Positions 17,102 through 20,000 of a stretch of 20,000 nt of DNA are shown here, piece by piece. The DNA is from an uncultured virus (IMG/VR IMGVR_UViG_3300017783_005492). Taxonomy: Duplodnaviria; Heunggongvirae; Uroviricota; Caudoviricetes. The stretch's first letter is position 1. Each line of letters opens with the position of its first letter. A program made the translations under genes and the position numbers. The notes beneath the pieces were generated by a model, which was given only the letters and a program-made list of their open reading frames with translations, made no database searches and was not told where the DNA came from. The stretch lies in the IMG/VR virus record IMGVR_UViG_3300017783_005492. One strand, given 5' to 3'.

Positions 17102-17707
17102 ATGTCCTATTACAAAGAAGCTCTTAAATCTGTTGACACTGCATTGCGTCAATGGCCGCACAATGTTGACTTAGCTTTATCTATAGCTAACCATGTAAAT
17201 GAAAATCAAATGGCAACCAAAAAGTGGTTGACTCTTGAATTGGCTGACATGTGCGAAATGAAAGAACTTGTAAATCCTAATGTTTTAATTCACGCCGGGT
17301 GGTTTGGCCTAGTAGGTGATATGATTAGAACTTCTAAAATAAAACCTAATAAAGTATGTATAATGGACAAAGATCCAATGTGTCAACCTATTGGCGGTTG
17401 GATGTATCCTAAGATTAAACATACGTGGGGTAAAATAGAAGATTGGAATCCAGATGATGAACACTTTGATATTATTGTATTGCCTTCATGCGAGCATATC
17501 ACAGATGAAACATTAAACAACTTTCTTTCTAAAAAAAATGAAAGCACTTTAGTTTGCTTAACTTCAAATAATATGCATGGTCATGAAGATCATATTAATT
17601 CTAAAGGGTCTGTTCATGATTTTTCAAATTCAGTAAAGTTAAGAATACTTAAAGAATGCGAACTTAAGCTTGATGGTTATACACGGTTCATGATCTTTGG
17701 GGTATAA
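17102..17707 (+). CDS. class I SAM-dependent methyltransferase-like protein
   Basis: VLIHAGWFGLVG (motif I-like), IMDKDPMC (acidic end of strand 2), FDIIVLPSCEHI and CLTSNNM...DHIN. Confidence 0.65.
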   Translation: MSYYKEALKSVDTALRQWPHNVDLALSIANHVNENQMATKKWLTLELADMCEMKELVNPNVLIHAGWFGLVGDMIRTSKIKPNKVCIMDKDPMCQPIGGWMYPKIKHTWGKIEDWNPDDEHFDIIVLPSCEHITDETLNNFLSKKNESTLVCLTSNNMHGHEDHINSKGSVHDFSNSVKLRILKECELKLDGYTRFMIFGV

Positions 17708-17710
17708 ATA
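17703..17710 (+). promoter_or_regulatory. T4-type late promoter (TATAAATA)
   Basis: Exact consensus overlapping the methyltransferase-like stop codon, 32 nt before ATG 17743. Confidence 0.85.
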
Positions 17711-17742
17711 GAACAAACCCTTTTAATATATGAGTTTGTTTT

Positions 17743-18093
17743 ATGGCACAGCAAGAAGAAATCACAATAGATCAAGGTACAGATGTAACGATAAAGCTAG
17801 AGCTTGTCGACATTGACGGTAATAAGAAAAATTTGCTAGACTATTCTGTTGCAGCAAAAATGAAAAAAACTTATAACACACCTGATTCAGATGCAACAGT
17901 ATTTACATCGTCAGTTATCTCTCCCGAAACTGATGGTATAGTAGAACTAACACTAAATAATGCTACTACTGCTGCATTAAAAAATGGACGATACGTATAT
18001 GATGTAGAGATCTCTTTCCAAGATAGTAATACAAACACGGTGATCGAAAGAATCCTTGAAGGACAAATTACAGTAACGCCAGGCGTTACTTGA
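17743..18093 (+). CDS. small virion structural/adaptor protein (BppU N-terminal-like beta domain)
   Basis: IDQGTD...L.DYSVAAKMKK...G.VELTL...GRYVYDVEI...RILEGQITVTPGVT, a common small structural protein found before fibre genes in T4-like phages. Confidence 0.65.
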   Translation: MAQQEEITIDQGTDVTIKLELVDIDGNKKNLLDYSVAAKMKKTYNTPDSDATVFTSSVISPETDGIVELTLNNATTAALKNGRYVYDVEISFQDSNTNTVIERILEGQITVTPGVT

Positions 18094-18108
18094 TTACCGG
18101 AGTAATGA

Positions 18109-20000
18109 ATGGCTGAAATCATTGTAAGTGCAGGGAAAACACGAGTACGTCAAGTAACTAAAGTTGTTGTTCCTGGCAATAAGACTATCGTAAAGAAAGT
18201 CGTTGTTGGTACGCCAATTAAAACAGGCATTGCTGCGCAAGGTTTCTTAGTCAATCTTTCAGATGTAGATGGAAGTAATAACTTAAGCGAAGGATCATTT
18301 CTTCGCTATGATTCTGCACAATCAAAATTCAAACACGTAAGCTTAGCTCAGGCTATTGGACAAAATGTTTCAGTTAATAGCACTGGTGACTTTGCATCAC
18401 TTGCATTTGATTCTATTGGCGGTACATTTAATTTCCAAGGTGTTAACACTTCGGATATTCGCGGGGTTTTATCTGCAAGAAAAGATTCGTCTGGCGCTGG
18501 TGATGGTGATATCACGTATGATTCTGCGACAGGCACAATTTTATTTACTGGACCAGAAACAAGAAAGCTTATTTCTGGTCAGGTCACAGGCCAAGATAGC
18601 ACAGACTTTACTTACGATTCTGCTACAGGAATCTTTACCTTCAATGATTCCAACTTTGGCAGAACCGATTTCCGTTCGACATATCACGAAGGTATAGCTT
18701 TACCTGACGGACAAAATATTAGCTTTGGCACAGGAAACAAATTTTCCACAATAAAAGAAAGTGATAACAATCTTCAAATAGAAAACAACTATGGTGCTAT
18801 TGAAATAACACCTAGGATAGGTTCTAATCTTGTTATTACTTCTGCTAATAATATATCAGGCGGACAACAACTTATTATTGCCGGAGATTCCGGAGGCGTT
18901 CAGCTTAATTACAGAGATGGAGACAGAAGACTAACAACAACAGATTCCGGTATTACTATTAGTGGTAATATCTTTGTTGATTCAAATGCGTTAGTTGATG
19001 GTACTCTCACTGTAAGACAAGGTGTAACATTACAAAGCACATTAGATGTAACAGATTCTTCAAGAATTAGAGATAACCTTACCGTTGATTCCAATCTTAA
19101 TGTAGGTGGCAACATCACATTAGCAGGAACACTTACCGGTAGCATTAGTGCAGCCAATGTAAGGGAACATTTTAGCGCAGGCGGCGACATAACATATGAT
19201 TCCGCAACAGGAAAATTCTCGATTGATGTCGAGGAAATATACACCGCAGCTAATTTTGACTCTGACTTCAGAGTTAGACTACTTTCAACAACAACAGATT
19301 CTATTGCAGAAGGAACAAATTTATATTACACTACAGCAAGAGCTGATAGTGATGCAAAGAGATCCATTAGTGTTGTAGATGCTGGTGGTGATGGTTCACT
19401 TGAATACAATGAAACTACTGGTGTTATTACATACACTGGAGCTACACCAGATTCAGTAAGATCTCATTTTAGTGCTGGTGCTAGTTTAACTTATGATTCT
19501 TCTACAGGAAAATTTACAACAAATCAAGCATTAGACTCAAATAGTAATGTTAGATTTCAAAATATTACTCAAACCGGTCAGCTACGTGGTCCTGCAGAAT
19601 TCATAATTGATCCAGCAGCTATTGGTGATAATACTGGTACTGTTAAAATTCTCGGTAACCTTCAGGTTGAAGGTACTCAAACAATTATTAATTCTACTAC
19701 TGTAAGTATCAATGATAAAAACATTGTGCTTGCTGACAGTGCTGCTGATAGCTCAGCAATGCATGGCGCAGGTATTACGGTAGGTGGATCAAATATTGTT
19801 AATAAGCCATCATTAACATATTCACATGCTGATGAAAGATTTGTATTTAATAGAAATATTCAAGCCGATAGTTTTATTGGTAATGTTACAGGTAACGTAA
19901 CTGGTCAAGTTAGTGATATATCAAATCTTTCTACTGACTCTTTAGCAGAAGGTTCAACAAATAAGTACTACACTCAGGCTAGAACAGACTCTGATGCTAA
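18109..20000 (+). CDS. long tail fibre/fibre-like virion protein, truncated by the window end (missing from the ORF track)
   Basis: GGAG at 18099-18102 then ATG 18109 (MAEIIVSAGKTRVRQV...). Open for 630 codons to the window end. Gly/Ser/Thr-rich with repeated TYDSATG, TDS.AEG..N.YYT.AR.DSDA, GNLQVEGTQTIINSTTVSINDKNIVL and GNVTGNVTG fibre motifs. Confidence 0.85.
   Translation, partial: MAEIIVSAGKTRVRQVTKVVVPGNKTIVKKVVVGTPIKTGIAAQGFLVNLSDVDGSNNLSEGSFLRYDSAQSKFKHVSLAQAIGQNVSVNSTGDFASLAFDSIGGTFNFQGVNTSDIRGVLSARKDSSGAGDGDITYDSATGTILFTGPETRKLISGQVTGQDSTDFTYDSATGIFTFNDSNFGRTDFRSTYHEGIALPDGQNISFGTGNKFSTIKESDNNLQIENNYGAIEITPRIGSNLVITSANNISGGQQLIIAGDSGGVQLNYRDGDRRLTTTDSGITISGNIFVDSNALVDGTLTVRQGVTLQSTLDVTDSSRIRDNLTVDSNLNVGGNITLAGTLTGSISAANVREHFSAGGDITYDSATGKFSIDVEEIYTAANFDSDFRVRLLSTTTDSIAEGTNLYYTTARADSDAKRSISVVDAGGDGSLEYNETTGVITYTGATPDSVRSHFSAGASLTYDSSTGKFTTNQALDSNSNVRFQNITQTGQLRGPAEFIIDPAAIGDNTGTVKILGNLQVEGTQTIINSTTVSINDKNIVLADSAADSSAMHGAGITVGGSNIVNKPSLTYSHADERFVFNRNIQADSFIGNVTGNVTGQVSDISNLSTDSLAEGSTNKYYTQARTDSDA
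19294..19998 (+). repeat. protein-level repeat units in the fibre gene
   Basis: TDSIAEGTNLYYTTARADSDA (about 19294-19356) recurs as TDSLAEGSTNKYYTQARTDSDA (about 19933-19998). VR.HFSAG...TYDS.TGKF occurs twice in the gene. Confidence 0.7.

Noticed and set aside
17099..17161. Longer N-terminus for the 16205 GT, and likewise 14408-14479 for the 13826 GT
   Set aside because: The extensions overlap neighbouring genes. Internal ATGs (17098 with AGGA upstream; 14407 coupled to the upstream stop) start right at the conserved first strand.
17357..17386. Sigma70-like promoter on the - strand (TTGACA-N18-TATACA) for the GT operon
   Set aside because: The -10 element lacks the conserved final T, and such matches are common in AT-rich DNA.
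1050..19378. Short alternative-frame and antisense ORFs in the track (for example 1050-1247, 3887-4147, 5653-6114, 7834-8115, 10714-11052, 13608-13961, 15076-15387, 18356-18697, 18909-19244)
   Set aside because: They lie within well-supported genes, have no recognisable motifs, and look like shadows of the coding strand.
18109..20000. DS bias as a DNA-level GANTC (CcrM/HinfI-type) motif enrichment
   Set aside because: GANTC is almost confined to the Asp-Ser frame. Glu-Ser encoded as GARTC is absent, out-of-frame sites are rare, and 5 of the 24 DS use AGY codons that do not form GANTC.
1..20000. tRNA, rRNA, CRISPR array, intron, intein, transposase or clear intrinsic terminator
   Set aside because: The window is almost fully coding with very short intergenic gaps, and I saw no such signatures.

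Overview
AT-rich phage DNA from a T4-like myovirus resembling marine T4-like phages. Five TATAAATA late promoters are visible. 1-14061 is a + strand baseplate/virion module: the 3' end of a probable gp5-type hub gene, gp25, gp6, a short gp7-like gene, a gp9/gp10-like connector, gp8, a 1722-aa DUF4815/VrlC-like protein, and small structural or unknown genes. 13826-17707 is an enzyme cassette inserted among the structural genes: three GT-A-type glycosyltransferase-like genes and a radical SAM/twitch gene on the - strand, plus a divergent methyltransferase-like gene. A small adaptor gene and a long tail-fibre gene (18109 to beyond the window end, absent from the ORF track) follow. The most striking signal is strong, protein-level enrichment of Asp-Ser in peripheral virion proteins (24 DS and 0 DT in the 630 visible residues of the fibre). 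Next to the glycosyltransferase cassette, this suggests a phage-encoded virion O-glycosylation system with a DS sequon. A 236-nt antisense gene overlap shows codon evidence of real dual coding. All counts are by hand and no database searches were run.
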